Source: a virus (Duplodnaviria; Caudoviricetes). From it: DNA of 50,348 nt. Every line of letters begins with the position of its first letter. Positions within the stretch are counted from its first letter, which is position 1. Below are positions 34,989 through 44,833 of this stretch, piece by piece. Under the pieces are notes generated by a model. That model was not told the origin of the DNA. It did no database searches and saw nothing but the letters and a program-made list of their open reading frames with translations. The stretch is from IMG/VR virus record IMGVR_UViG_3300038548_000429, positions 1 to 50,348 of that record. The stretch is one strand, 5' to 3'. Both the position numbers and the translations under genes were made by a program.

Positions 34989-37015
34989 TCGCCTCTAGGG
35001 ATACGTCGTAATCGCCCGCTGGCCTGTCCTGTAACGCGCGTTAGGGTGCATTTGCATTGGAAGCCACCGCAGATTAATCTATTGCCTTGTGGCATCACGC
35101 CAGCCCGTATCCATTCTTTCATACGATGGACTTGGCCATCAGCTTTCCTACATGTCTTGCAATGCTCTTTAGTAGAGCCTAGTTTCCACTTATATAGACC
35201 ATTCTTATCCGCACTAGCGAGGGCTTGCTGATAGATACTATTCAGTGACTTGTTGCCCCAACTATCGGCCCTTCTAGCACTATCAAAGAATATGCCTGCA
35301 TCATGCTGATAAATAGAACGCCCCAAGTCGGTGACAAATGCGCTCTGCTCTGCCATCCACGCATTGAATAGCTTCTTGTCATCACCTTGCAGCACGGTGA
35401 TTTGCACACCCCCATCGGACATACCATCCTTAAATGCTGCCCGTCCATCACGCGCTAAATGACCACGCATAATGATGCTGAAACGGGTGCGGTTAAAGTC
35501 GCGGTTCTGAGCGCCCTTCAGGGCATCCTCTACATTCTTGATGAACCTCTTACGGGTAGTAAGATATTCCTTAATAATGTGTGACTTATCCAATGTAGGG
35601 CGAAGACCTACGTTCTTCAGCGGGTTGGTGTCTTCAGCAACCACTGCATCATCATCTGTACTACCTTGCTCGGTGTCATCCAGTTCACTTACTTGTGCTT
35701 CCGGCTCTTCTCTTATATCGGTATCCGGCAACGTCACCACCACACCATCATCGTCAGTGAGTACATCGTGCCATTCATTCACCGTGTTAGCCAATAGCTG
35801 GCGACGTTCCATAGCTGATGCTTGTACGCTAGGATCGCCCGCTGCGGTAGTCCATGCTTGCGCTCGTTGTGCGTTTTTGAGTCCGGTTTCCGTATCCTCT
35901 GGTTTGAATTCAAACTCGGCACTAGGCGGAAACACCTTCGTGTTCAACATGGTTTCGATCATCTTGTACAACAGACCAATCGTAAGGGATTTTGATTTCT
36001 CATTAAGCACTTGCGATTGCCCACTTGTACCACTTAGACCACCTGTAAGGGGTGCAATATCCTGTGGGTCAATGCCTAGACTGAGTGCCACGATGTTGCG
36101 GTCAATATCATTATAGGTTCTGTAATCGAACCCCTCTGGTAAGTTGCTGAAATTCACGAATTGCACATCTATCTTTTGCTGTGGGTCAAGGGCCTGCATC
36201 TGCTTAATATTGCGCCACACCGTCTGGCCTTCAGTAGTCCGGTCTGCTTCATATGAGGTCGTGGCATCTTGAATATCCTTTTCGCGTACATTCCCTAGCA
36301 CAAGAAAACCAGCAGGCGGTTGGTCTGACAATCTTTCCACTGTGTATTTGGACATAAGGATTTGGCGATAGTGATGCCCTATATAACGATAGAAGGCGCT
36401 CTCGCCCATGCCCAATAAACGCTCATCACTATCTGGCATGTCTACAATGCGATGTACCCGGCTTTCGTGCATCAGGTGAAATGTAGTGCGCTTATCGCCC
36501 TTCACATCTATCCAGAAATTCTCATAAACAATGGGAGTTTCGGGGATGCCTGTCAGGTAGCATCGAATAGGGTCAAGCAGTTTTATCCCGGTAGGCATAC
36601 CGATAAGGGGCTTGTCTATCTTGCCCGCCCCTACAATCTCTACAATCGCGCCAATATTGAAAGTGGCAAAATCCTTCACTAACGATTCCATGAAGCCTTG
36701 CCAACCGATGCCCCATCCGGCTGTCTGCAATAAGGATTGCATTTGCCTAACACGTCGCTTGCCCTTAATCACAAAGGGCGTGGCAGCGGCTTGCTTGGCT
36801 AACGTGGTACGTGCGCCCATCCATAAACTGCCCCACATATTCTGCCCAAATTCGCGTAATTGAATGTCAAGGGACTTTGAACCATAAGGGCTTAGGAGAT
36901 GATGCTGGCGATTGTGCGAGTGGCCTAGCAGGAATATCGAACTACCGCCCATCGACGCTTGCTCAATAGGTGGCGTGTTCTGTACCGATTGTTCAACAAC
37001 TTCTGCTATAGCCAT
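34985..37015 (-). CDS. portal protein fused to a MuF-like minor head domain
   Basis: Follows TerL. Portal-like LLDPIRC, GESA and LGIDP; C-terminal W.LGSTKEHCKTC...CGGFQCKCTL. Confidence 0.8.
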   Translation of the reverse strand: MAIAEVVEQSVQNTPPIEQASMGGSSIFLLGHSHNRQHHLLSPYGSKSLDIQLREFGQNMWGSLWMGARTTLAKQAAATPFVIKGKRRVRQMQSLLQTAGWGIGWQGFMESLVKDFATFNIGAIVEIVGAGKIDKPLIGMPTGIKLLDPIRCYLTGIPETPIVYENFWIDVKGDKRTTFHLMHESRVHRIVDMPDSDERLLGMGESAFYRYIGHHYRQILMSKYTVERLSDQPPAGFLVLGNVREKDIQDATTSYEADRTTEGQTVWRNIKQMQALDPQQKIDVQFVNFSNLPEGFDYRTYNDIDRNIVALSLGIDPQDIAPLTGGLSGTSGQSQVLNEKSKSLTIGLLYKMIETMLNTKVFPPSAEFEFKPEDTETGLKNAQRAQAWTTAAGDPSVQASAMERRQLLANTVNEWHDVLTDDDGVVVTLPDTDIREEPEAQVSELDDTEQGSTDDDAVVAEDTNPLKNVGLRPTLDKSHIIKEYLTTRKRFIKNVEDALKGAQNRDFNRTRFSIIMRGHLARDGRAAFKDGMSDGGVQITVLQGDDKKLFNAWMAEQSAFVTDLGRSIYQHDAGIFFDSARRADSWGNKSLNSIYQQALASADKNGLYKWKLGSTKEHCKTCRKADGQVHRMKEWIRAGVMPQGNRLICGGFQCKCTLTRVTGQASGRLRRIPRGE

Positions 37016-37025
37016 GAAATGCCTT

Positions 37026-38471
37026 CTATAAATTCAGTCTCATTGCCGTGTCCACTGCCATGCTAAGTGCCACAGCTAAATCATTCTTTGCCGTATTTGA
37101 CCGCTTAGTGATACGGAACTTATTATCATCTTTACCCGTATTTTCATTACGGTTGGCATTCAATATATGCTCTGTAAGTTCTTCATTACCATCATGCACA
37201 ATTTCACGCGCCATAATCATGTCATACAAACGACGGTCTGATAATTCGCGTGGTCTGCCCTGCTCAAACTTTTGCACCCATACCGTTGATTGCTGACGCA
37301 ATGTAGTCATCATGTGGTGAAGCTGCGTTGGATCATACGTGACCACTTGAATATGATAGCGTTCAACCAAGTCCTCAATAAATGCTAAAGGCAGTGCAAA
37401 ATCAATTGATTGACCGTGAGCAGGTTGCCATTTCTTAATAATCACAGGATAACAAAGATTGTTACGACGCGCAACGACAACGATGCCAAAGCAATCAGAA
37501 CTCACACCAGCATCAACCGCCACCACTAGATTCCAACTAAGTGCATCATCAGGAATCACGCCTTTGCAATCTGCCCAACGATGGGCATCTACAAATGCCA
37601 TACTAGAGGATGTCCATTGGTTGCGGTGCATACGCTGAAATTGGTCAGGTGTGAGAGTCTGCGACTCGCTGGCATAGTATTCATCAGTTTGCCAAGACAA
37701 CATAGGCTTTGTCACCCATGTCGCCATTTGCCGACCATTTTCATATACCTCGAGATCTTCCCAAATCTGTTGGCCGTGCTTCACTATATGTTCATAGAGG
37801 GGTTCAAGTATGGGGGATTCTCCGCTGTACCCAGCGTATGTATCTACCCAGCGTTGAGCATAGCCAAAGCGGTTTGGTGATATAGTGAGTTCGGCCCACA
37901 TCTGAGTATGGGCTGTATGCTTCCATCCCCACAATTCTGAGAAAACAATCATGTCATAGTTAGAGCCAGCCTCGCCTGTAGGGTCAATCGGTAGCATCTC
38001 AATGCGGCTGCCATTGGGATACCGTATCGTGCCAGATTCCCGTACTGGTACTTGCACCCCTTTCGATGATGACAGCCCGTTCTTTTTCCCTAGCTTAATG
38101 CTTTCGCGCAAATAGAATCCTACACGACTGCTAGCTTGTCTGAGGTCATTAGCTATGAAGGCTATCTGTGCATTGGGCTTATGGCAGGCCACGTAGTGGG
38201 CCACGGCGGCAATGATGGTGGACTTGGCGCTCTTTTTCATCCATGACCATACAATAGTGTCATACATGTAGCGTCCGCTGCTATCGCGCGTTAGGGCGTG
38301 GTCTAATGGGCGGGCTTGTGAGTCATTGAGCGTGATAAGGGATAAAGTGTCATACAGATAGAAATGGTCTGCGACCCACTCAGAGGGGAGGGGCCAATCT
38401 ATGGGTGCAAGCGTGGTGTCGGGTGATGCTATGCCAAAAGCGCGTGAGGCAATCTCATGAGGTTGTATCAT
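37026..38471 (-). CDS. terL: terminase large subunit
   Basis: Walker A variant KKSAKST, Walker B IVFSELWG, HRNQW, and nuclease motifs VAVDAGVSSD, YDP and KNDLAVA. Confidence 0.9.
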   Translation of the reverse strand: MIQPHEIASRAFGIASPDTTLAPIDWPLPSEWVADHFYLYDTLSLITLNDSQARPLDHALTRDSSGRYMYDTIVWSWMKKSAKSTIIAAVAHYVACHKPNAQIAFIANDLRQASSRVGFYLRESIKLGKKNGLSSSKGVQVPVRESGTIRYPNGSRIEMLPIDPTGEAGSNYDMIVFSELWGWKHTAHTQMWAELTISPNRFGYAQRWVDTYAGYSGESPILEPLYEHIVKHGQQIWEDLEVYENGRQMATWVTKPMLSWQTDEYYASESQTLTPDQFQRMHRNQWTSSSMAFVDAHRWADCKGVIPDDALSWNLVVAVDAGVSSDCFGIVVVARRNNLCYPVIIKKWQPAHGQSIDFALPLAFIEDLVERYHIQVVTYDPTQLHHMMTTLRQQSTVWVQKFEQGRPRELSDRRLYDMIMAREIVHDGNEELTEHILNANRNENTGKDDNKFRITKRSNTAKNDLAVALSMAVDTAMRLNL

Positions 38472-39006
38472 GTTCCTCAGCCATTCGTATCATCTCATTA
38501 AATACATCAGCAGGCTCTTGACCCATACTCTTAATCGCATCTATCGTTTGTTGCAAGAGGCGACGGTCTATTATTTCCGTGCGGCTAGTCGGTTGGTCAT
38601 CATATGCCTTCCGATATTCATCAGCCGATTTATTCATCACATTCAATGCACTGGCAACAGCCATAACGGTAGGATTTTTATTCTTCCCCACACGCTGCCC
38701 GACACGCCCCGCTAGGTTGATGCCAAAGTCTGCCATGTCCAATACATTATTCTTCTGTTTGGCTTTGCGTTTGAGGTAGGAGGCTTCATGTTCCTTCTGT
38801 GAAATGGCATCCAAATAGACATCATATTGATTAACACGCTCCACCCAATAATGAGTATGTGACCATCGTGTGATAATCGTATCACTTTTCCCCAACTCTT
38901 TCGCAACCTTAGACAGTGACCGCTTGCGCCCCATGTCCCGGTATATCTGGAAGGCCTCCCATGACTTGCTTGTATCAGTGGATTGGTGTAACCATGCTTT
39001 GCTCAT
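38455..39006 (-). CDS. terS: terminase small subunit
   Basis: AFQIYRDMGRKRSLSKVA...RWSHTHYWVERV HTH pattern, immediately upstream of TerL. Confidence 0.75.
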   Translation of the reverse strand: MSKAWLHQSTDTSKSWEAFQIYRDMGRKRSLSKVAKELGKSDTIITRWSHTHYWVERVNQYDVYLDAISQKEHEASYLKRKAKQKNNVLDMADFGINLAGRVGQRVGKNKNPTVMAVASALNVMNKSADEYRKAYDDQPTSRTEIIDRRLLQQTIDAIKSMGQEPADVFNEMIRMAEEHDTTS

Positions 39007-40304
39007 AGTTTGCTCACCTCAAGACCCAAACCCGTCAGGCGTTCCAGCACCACTGCGACGTATGGCGGGTGTAACTCTGCTCCATACCCGCGACGGTTTA
39101 GCTGTTCGCAAGCGACTAAGGTTGTGCCAGAGCCTAAACATAAGTCAACAACTATATCATTATCAAGTGACCAAAGATTTAAGCAACGTATCGGTAATTC
39201 GAGCGGAAACGGGGCTTTATGTCCAATTGCCTTTGCGCTCTCTGGTGAGATATCCCATACATTTAGAGCCATCCAACGCTTGTAATCTTGTGGTATCCCA
39301 CATTTCTTTTCTCTTGGTTTCCAGTCCCCTTTGAAAAACAAGAATATAAATTCATGGGCCAAAGATGGGATACATGGGCGCCTCATAAAAGATGGGGGGG
39401 TTAAATTTGGGCTTATTTTATTCCATATTATTTGACCGCGTGGAATAAATCCAATTTCTTTACATGCAATAGTAGTAGTAGTAGTAGTAGTAGTAATCAT
39501 TCCATGATTACCAAAGGGAACATCTGCCACATTCCACAAACAAACACCGCCATCAGGCAAAATATCCCACGCGGTTTCTAGTAATTGTCTATTTAATTTG
39601 TTTAGCTTATCAATAACTATAAATTTATCTGAACCATCATCATTCCACATTTCAGCACCGGGATATGGAGGGCTTGTTAAAACAAGATTAGGAATTTCGT
39701 CACCCATCAGTCTTTTTACATCCTCGGCCTTCGTGCTATCTCCGCACAATACCCGGTGTTCCCCCACCTTATACAAATCCCCTAATGTAACGGCCCACTT
39801 CTCTTGCAATTCATCAGCGCGTGACATATCTGCGCCGGGGTCTTCTGGCACGTCATCATCACTAATCGCGCCTAGTTCCAGCAACTCTGTTTCTGAGAAC
39901 ATCCGCGACAAATCCACGCCTGCATCTATATCTAGCTGTAATTGCTCAGGCGACCATGTGAGCGACAACTCCCCCGCACGATTATCTCTATAAGCATAAC
40001 GTCGTGCTGCACCTTCGGGGTCACTCAAATCGAAGTCACGCCTTTTATGTACGATGATGGCATCCCCGTCAGTCTCAATCTCTATGACTTTGGTGATGCC
40101 AGCATTCACGGCAGCATCTTGCGTCTTATTGCCAGCCACTAAGCGCCCGTCCTTGTCAGCTACTAAGGAACGCCCGGCCCCATCCTGTGATAGTGAGTCT
40201 TCGATCATAGACGCGCCGCGCTCACTCCCTAAATTAGCATTGGACGCGTCAGGGATGTAATCCTCAATGTCGCGTTCCGTGATTTTGTATGGTTGTTTCT
40301 TCAT
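39003..40304 (-). CDS. ParB-like N-terminal domain + beta-class DNA methyltransferase (probably N4-C)
   Basis: AGNKT and YRDNR (ParB-like), HRVLCGDS, motif IV TSPPY, HKAPFP and motif I DLCLGSGTT. Confidence 0.85.
   Translation of the reverse strand: MKKQPYKITERDIEDYIPDASNANLGSERGASMIEDSLSQDGAGRSLVADKDGRLVAGNKTQDAAVNAGITKVIEIETDGDAIIVHKRRDFDLSDPEGAARRYAYRDNRAGELSLTWSPEQLQLDIDAGVDLSRMFSETELLELGAISDDDVPEDPGADMSRADELQEKWAVTLGDLYKVGEHRVLCGDSTKAEDVKRLMGDEIPNLVLTSPPYPGAEMWNDDGSDKFIVIDKLNKLNRQLLETAWDILPDGGVCLWNVADVPFGNHGMITTTTTTTTIACKEIGFIPRGQIIWNKISPNLTPPSFMRRPCIPSLAHEFIFLFFKGDWKPREKKCGIPQDYKRWMALNVWDISPESAKAIGHKAPFPLELPIRCLNLWSLDNDIVVDLCLGSGTTLVACEQLNRRGYGAELHPPYVAVVLERLTGLGLEVSKL
39471..39494. 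repeat. (AGT)8 microsatellite encoding Thr8 in the methyltransferase
   Basis: Perfect trinucleotide run; the protein reads MITTTTTTTTIAC. Confidence 0.9.
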
Positions 40305-40398
40305 ATTTACATCGTAACGTTAATTATTACGCTACGCAACTATCAAGTATCGTTTGACAGTTCATATCCCATTTTTACAGCTTCTTTATACTTCACAC

Positions 40399-40427
40399 TA
40401 TACAATCCCCCTGCTAGGTGGTATACT
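40399..40427 (+). promoter_or_regulatory. extended -10 promoter
   Basis: TGGTATACT (40419-40427), upstream of an AAGGAGG RBS and ATG at 40466. Confidence 0.55.
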
Positions 40428-40465
40428 ATGTATACAGATAAGGCATACAACAAAGGAGGTTTACA

Positions 40466-40914
40466 TGAAATCGTATTTCTCAATCCATGTAATAAATTGG
40501 CATCCGCACTTCATCTGCGAGCAACGCAGCCCTATTTGGAAGCAATACCGCGACATGACAGACCCGCGTGAATTCATCGTGATGATTCACACAGCATCCG
40601 GTAGTGAGCGTTGGATGTCCTACATTATGGATGACAGCATATTTGAAGCGGGGCATTGTACACTGGCGATGTTGCAGCGCATTCGTAAAGCCGCCCAACA
40701 TCACATCGAACAGATCACTAAAGAGCGACACGCCAATTTTATTAAAGAAAGTCGCGCTACTATACTTCATGGCTACGCATCTTTGGATAAACTACCCCGT
40801 TGGTACGAGGATGAAGAGCTAGATAGCCCCGATGAAGAGCATGAAACATTCGGGGATTTTGATGAATATCGCGCCGCTTATTATGAGCGCACTTGGAACA
40901 ATCCACACCTTTAA
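40466..40914 (+). CDS. hypothetical protein
   Basis: Strong AAGGAGG RBS before ATG 40466. Confidence 0.6.
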
Positions 40915-40950
40915 CGAAGTATCTTTAATCAGTCTATGAGGAGCAAGATC

Positions 40951-41334
40951 ATGGCAACACAACAACATTCACTAAGTTCCATTATCACGCTATATCATGG
41001 GGTTATTTGCACAATGCCCCTTAACCCTCTATATGACCTAATGGAATGGATGACAGGGGAACGCCCTTTCACAACTCAATTAGGTCGTTTTGCGGATGAA
41101 TGCAAGCCCTATTTGCGAGAACAATTAACATGGATAGATGACATCAACTCTGATTTCCCTGATGGTGAATTCAAATCATGGTGGGCAGATATTCAATCGC
41201 GCTATGATAGCCATTATGCTATCCGTCCTATCCACTTAGAAGATCATGAAGTGATTGACCCGATTGAAGAACTGAAGCGCAGGAAACTCGATGCCAAAAT
41301 AATTAAGATAGACCCTAACGACTTCGCAGAATAA
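40951..41334 (+). CDS. hypothetical protein
   Basis: GAGGAG RBS; LMEWMTGE.PFTTQL is a recurring phage motif. Confidence 0.6.
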   Translation: MATQQHSLSSIITLYHGVICTMPLNPLYDLMEWMTGERPFTTQLGRFADECKPYLREQLTWIDDINSDFPDGEFKSWWADIQSRYDSHYAIRPIHLEDHEVIDPIEELKRRKLDAKIIKIDPNDFAE

Positions 41335-41350
41335 CAACACCTTTAATACC

Positions 41351-41399
41351 AAAGAGCCGCCTTCACTCTTTAGAGTGCATCATTAGCGGCTTTTGTTTT
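41351..41399. terminator. intrinsic terminator between convergent genes
   Basis: AAAGAGCCGC...GCGGCTTTTGTTTT. Confidence 0.55.
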
Positions 41400-41417
41400 G
41401 GCAGATTGTTACATTCG

Positions 41418-41663
41418 TTACAATCTGCTACCCACCACAACATCTTTTTGAACTACATGTATAGGTGGCCCTTCGTCTAGATTTATATCACCCTGCTCAT
41501 CGCCAAATGCTACTATATATCGAGCATCGCCAGTGAATAAATGTGATTTCACATTGTCTTTAAATACAGAATGGGCATAAGCCCAACAATCATCCATTGC
41601 TGCATCAGCATTATCATAGATTGTTATTGTCCCTTCAATATACAACATATAGACATATTTCAT
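41418..41663 (-). CDS. hypothetical protein
   Basis: ATG at 41663 coupled by TAATG. Confidence 0.5.
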   Translation of the reverse strand: MKYVYMLYIEGTITIYDNADAAMDDCWAYAHSVFKDNVKSHLFTGDARYIVAFGDEQGDINLDEGPPIHVVQKDVVVGSRL

Positions 41664-42082
41664 TATTCTTCCCTCATTATTTTTATATCTTGCATCCGAT
41701 GTACTATTACGCGTTCCACCAACTCGCAGCACCATGATGGATTCTTATCCAGCATCCCCGATGTGAATGCCAGCACCACCCAACCATGAAGGGCGGCCAA
41801 GTTGTTCTTCTCGCAATCACGCTCATAACCTTGTGGCCTTATATGCGCCCCACGTCGCTTCCCCGTGCCATAGATACCACCTTGTAGCTCAATGGCTACC
41901 TTGCTCTCTACATGCACGAAGTCAAACCTATACTTACGGTCTGGGATCACCTTATATTCACGTTCCAGTGGGATATGCGATATGAGCATGTTGGTATAAT
42001 AAGCGAAGGCTGTTTCGAGTTCGGATTGTGCGCTACCCTGCTTCACATCTTTAGATGCGCTCAAATCTTTAGATGCCTTCAT
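41663..42082 (-). CDS. PD-(D/E)XK / Vsr-DUF559-like endonuclease
   Basis: EREY..RKYRFDF..VAIELQGG..DCEKNNLA..GWVVLAFT. Confidence 0.75.
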   Translation of the reverse strand: MKASKDLSASKDVKQGSAQSELETAFAYYTNMLISHIPLEREYKVIPDRKYRFDFVHVESKVAIELQGGIYGTGKRRGAHIRPQGYERDCEKNNLAALHGWVVLAFTSGMLDKNPSWCCELVERVIVHRMQDIKIMREE

Positions 42083-42339
42083 GCTATCACCATGTTAAAT
42101 CGCATATCGCTGTAATTTTCTTCAATCGTTTCTCGAATACCCTGCGCTAAGGCATCATAATTCTCAATTCTAAGCGCCTTGGCCTTCACCCATAAATCAG
42201 CACCACCCACTCTTTTTGCCAACGCCTTCAAAATAGCCCCTTGATAAGCATCCCCCTTATATAACAGATCGCCTAAGTATGCGACCATGACGGGGTTATC
42301 TGTTAAGTATTGGTATATTGTATCCTCTATATCTATCAT
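42079..42339 (-). CDS. hypothetical protein
   Basis: Coupled ORF. Confidence 0.5.
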   Translation of the reverse strand: MIDIEDTIYQYLTDNPVMVAYLGDLLYKGDAYQGAILKALAKRVGGADLWVKAKALRIENYDALAQGIRETIEENYSDMRFNMVIA

Positions 42340-42959
42340 GATAGCACCTCACTAATCCATATCGCAATATCGTCTAGTCGATCAAATAGCCGCCTCCACC
42401 AGAATATAGGACGCTTAGGCTTTTGCTTGCGTGATGTTTGGTGCTTACAGTCGAGGCACACTGTATTAGAGGTAAAGCCATACATCGCAATACCACAACT
42501 CGGACAGAGGTCAGGAACGTCCTGTATATGGTGTTCATACTTATCACGTAATGACCAAAATGCAGCGCGTTTGGGCTTTTGCTTGCGTTCTAGTATTCCG
42601 GGATTACGTGGGCGCAATTGGTGCTCAGGCACAAACGCACGTTTAGCATACTTATCACGTAATGACTTCCAATAATGCAGGTTTGAATGTACCCATAAAC
42701 AGGACTCGCATAGCCCCTCGCTACTCTCTTTTCCGTAAACCTTATCACATTTGATACAATAGCTTGGCAACGCCTTCAAGTCCTTATGCTCAATAATGGG
42801 ACGGAAGTCGCGCGTGGTGGACTGGAGCAAGTTGAGTTGTACATGCAGATCATGTTCAGTATTACCGCATGACCAGTATGTGCCTCCATCCGCATAATAG
42901 GTAGCTTGTGGCAAAGGTTCTAGGTTAATCCACTGTGTCATGATGATGTATCCTCGCAA
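42336..42959 (-). CDS. Cys-rich protein with internal duplications
   Basis: CxxC pairs (CIKC, CESC, CPSC, CLDC) and repeated SLRDKY and RKQKPKR. Confidence 0.55.
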   Translation of the reverse strand: MRGYIIMTQWINLEPLPQATYYADGGTYWSCGNTEHDLHVQLNLLQSTTRDFRPIIEHKDLKALPSYCIKCDKVYGKESSEGLCESCLWVHSNLHYWKSLRDKYAKRAFVPEHQLRPRNPGILERKQKPKRAAFWSLRDKYEHHIQDVPDLCPSCGIAMYGFTSNTVCLDCKHQTSRKQKPKRPIFWWRRLFDRLDDIAIWISEVLS

Positions 42960-43186
42960 TCTTCATACTGCGCCCACTGTCGCTCAATGCGCTTTGTATC
43001 AAGATTTCTAGCGATCAACGTTGTATTGTAAGAAATCTGGATAAATTCGTATCCGGGCGGTATGTAAAGACATGCCCCGCTATTAGCAAATTTCCATGAG
43101 CTATGCAAACTCATTGCTACTAAAATAATCCCTCCCACTATTGCAAATATCGCAACGAATTCTGCTTTCCCAAAACCTTTCATCAT
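42938..43186 (-). CDS. small membrane protein
   Basis: One N-terminal TM helix. Confidence 0.5.
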   Translation of the reverse strand: MMKGFGKAEFVAIFAIVGGIILVAMSLHSSWKFANSGACLYIPPGYEFIQISYNTTLIARNLDTKRIERQWAQYEDCEDTSS

Positions 43187-43872
43187 TCACTCTCCTCTTC
43201 TATCGCTTCTGTCCAAAAACTAACATGCACCACAGCACCATCATCCATCTTTATTTGCTCACTGAGTCGCAACGTGCGCCCCCATACCTTCGCCTCCACA
43301 TTACGCTCATGATACTTTCGATTATTGCGAGACCGTTGATGCTCTGCTTGCCGCGCTATCGCTTCCAATTCATTCTTCATCACAGCCGCATGTATAGGAT
43401 TGTCAACAATGGGGTGCGATTCGCCATCCCCTATATCCACTGAACCAGTAGTAGTGATTTCATCAATAACTTGCCCTACACGCTCTATACGGGTTGCTGT
43501 GAGGGTGTCCTGTAAAGAAGCAGTCACCGCCAGCGCCGCGTCTATCGTGATACGACGATGTTCAGGGGCGATGTTTGATAAAGAATCAAGTTGGGATTTA
43601 GAAAGTGTTAAGTTTGTGCCAATATTGGCAAGCTGCGTCATTGTCACAAATCGCTCAATTTCACGATACGCTGTACGCGGTGACATACATAAATCTTTCA
43701 AATACGCATCAAAAGTTTTATAGTCACCCGCTAGATATAATCGCTCATCACGCATTCGCATTAAGGCTTGTCCCGCTATGCTAAGACTGTGTTTAATATC
43801 ATTATCAACAGCAATAAAATCTTTCACGGATGTATTAACTATCTTGGGGATCATGGTAATTCCTTTCATCAA
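43183..43872 (-). CDS. DUF3102-like phage protein
   Basis: GQALMRMRDERLY..YKTFDAYLK pattern. Confidence 0.55.
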   Translation of the reverse strand: MMKGITMIPKIVNTSVKDFIAVDNDIKHSLSIAGQALMRMRDERLYLAGDYKTFDAYLKDLCMSPRTAYREIERFVTMTQLANIGTNLTLSKSQLDSLSNIAPEHRRITIDAALAVTASLQDTLTATRIERVGQVIDEITTTGSVDIGDGESHPIVDNPIHAAVMKNELEAIARQAEHQRSRNNRKYHERNVEAKVWGRTLRLSEQIKMDDGAVVHVSFWTEAIEEESE

Positions 43873-44386
43873 TAATCAAAATATCCTTCACATCTCGTTC
43901 ATCCAATTCAAACCATTCGCCCTCAAGTCGTTTATCATCGTACTCGATATGTAATGCCCGTTCACACTTGGACATATCATCAGTTCTAATGAGGTGCATC
44001 ACCTCAATAGGGAATGGGAGTTTAACCCCCATTTTTTTAAGCCGTTTTTTGGGTTCGGACGACTTCCCAATTTTATATATCCTTTCCGGGTATACTGCCT
44101 TCACTAAATACACATATCCGGGATTCGTAGTTACATTGGTTTCAATAGGTGGGACAAATAATACGGAAACATCTGACACTCGTGCTGATTTCATAGCAGG
44201 ATGATGATATAATTCTTCAGCCCTTTTAAGAATTGCATCGTTTAAGGTACATTTTCCGGCTCTGTAATCGTCAAAGTGAGCTTGAATTCTTTTTAGTTCA
44301 TTCTTATGTTTGCGGTGAAATCTAATCGCCTTATCCAGTCGCGTGTATTGCTCTAAGCGTGTCTCTATACCAGCATCAGTCATCAT
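43835..44386 (-). CDS. T5orf172 / GIY-YIG-like domain protein
   Basis: GYVYLV..IYKIGKS..PKKRL..ERALH..GEWFEL. Confidence 0.8.
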   Translation of the reverse strand: MMTDAGIETRLEQYTRLDKAIRFHRKHKNELKRIQAHFDDYRAGKCTLNDAILKRAEELYHHPAMKSARVSDVSVLFVPPIETNVTTNPGYVYLVKAVYPERIYKIGKSSEPKKRLKKMGVKLPFPIEVMHLIRTDDMSKCERALHIEYDDKRLEGEWFELDERDVKDILIIDERNYHDPQDS

Positions 44387-44594
44387 CTTCCACGCCCCAC
44401 GTATCGGCCAACATTATCACGGCCTGATGCAATACCTCAAATAGTTTCATGTGCTGCTCATCCGCTATCCGTTTCGCCAATTCGTGCGTGGCAGGCGTAA
44501 GTTGCGCCGGACGCCTCTCCACTAACGGCCCCTTATTGCGTGGCCTCCCTTGCTGCTGTGGTGTCATACTATGCCCCCTTTCGCTCGTTCCCAC
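44376..44594 (-). CDS. RHH/Cro-like small regulator
   Basis: GRPR, then AQLTPATHELAKRIA...LFEVLHQAV. Confidence 0.5.
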   Translation of the reverse strand: MGTSERGHSMTPQQQGRPRNKGPLVERRPAQLTPATHELAKRIADEQHMKLFEVLHQAVIMLADTWGVEDDD

Positions 44595-44833
44595 ATCTCA
44601 CTTAGAGACCATTTAATGAATGCAGGTGTATATTTTATTGTGTTATAAATTAGCCCCACACAAATCCATGCGATGAAATACGACCAAACCGATAGCGTAA
44701 TAGGGATAAAAACGATGGCATATTCAATATCAAGCCAATATAATTGCAGTAGCCTAGCCAGAATAAATCCCGCTATCTCAATAACTACCAATGCTACGAA
44801 CTTTACCTTAGGATCAAACTTTACTTTCATCAT
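44564..44833 (-). CDS. small two-TM membrane protein
   Basis: Hydrophobic helices; first gene of the leftward early operon. Confidence 0.5.
   Translation of the reverse strand: MMKVKFDPKVKFVALVVIEIAGFILARLLQLYWLDIEYAIVFIPITLSVWSYFIAWICVGLIYNTIKYTPAFIKWSLSEMWERAKGGIV

Noticed and set aside
38215-38250. Inactive terminase because Walker A reads KKSAKST rather than GKS/T
   Set aside because: The Lys-Ser/Thr, Walker B and nuclease acidic residues are intact, and deviant Walker A motifs are common in TerL.
39394-39400. G7 tract as a phase-variation switch in the methyltransferase
   Set aside because: It is short, in frame (encodes TPP), and there is no evidence of variation from one sequence.
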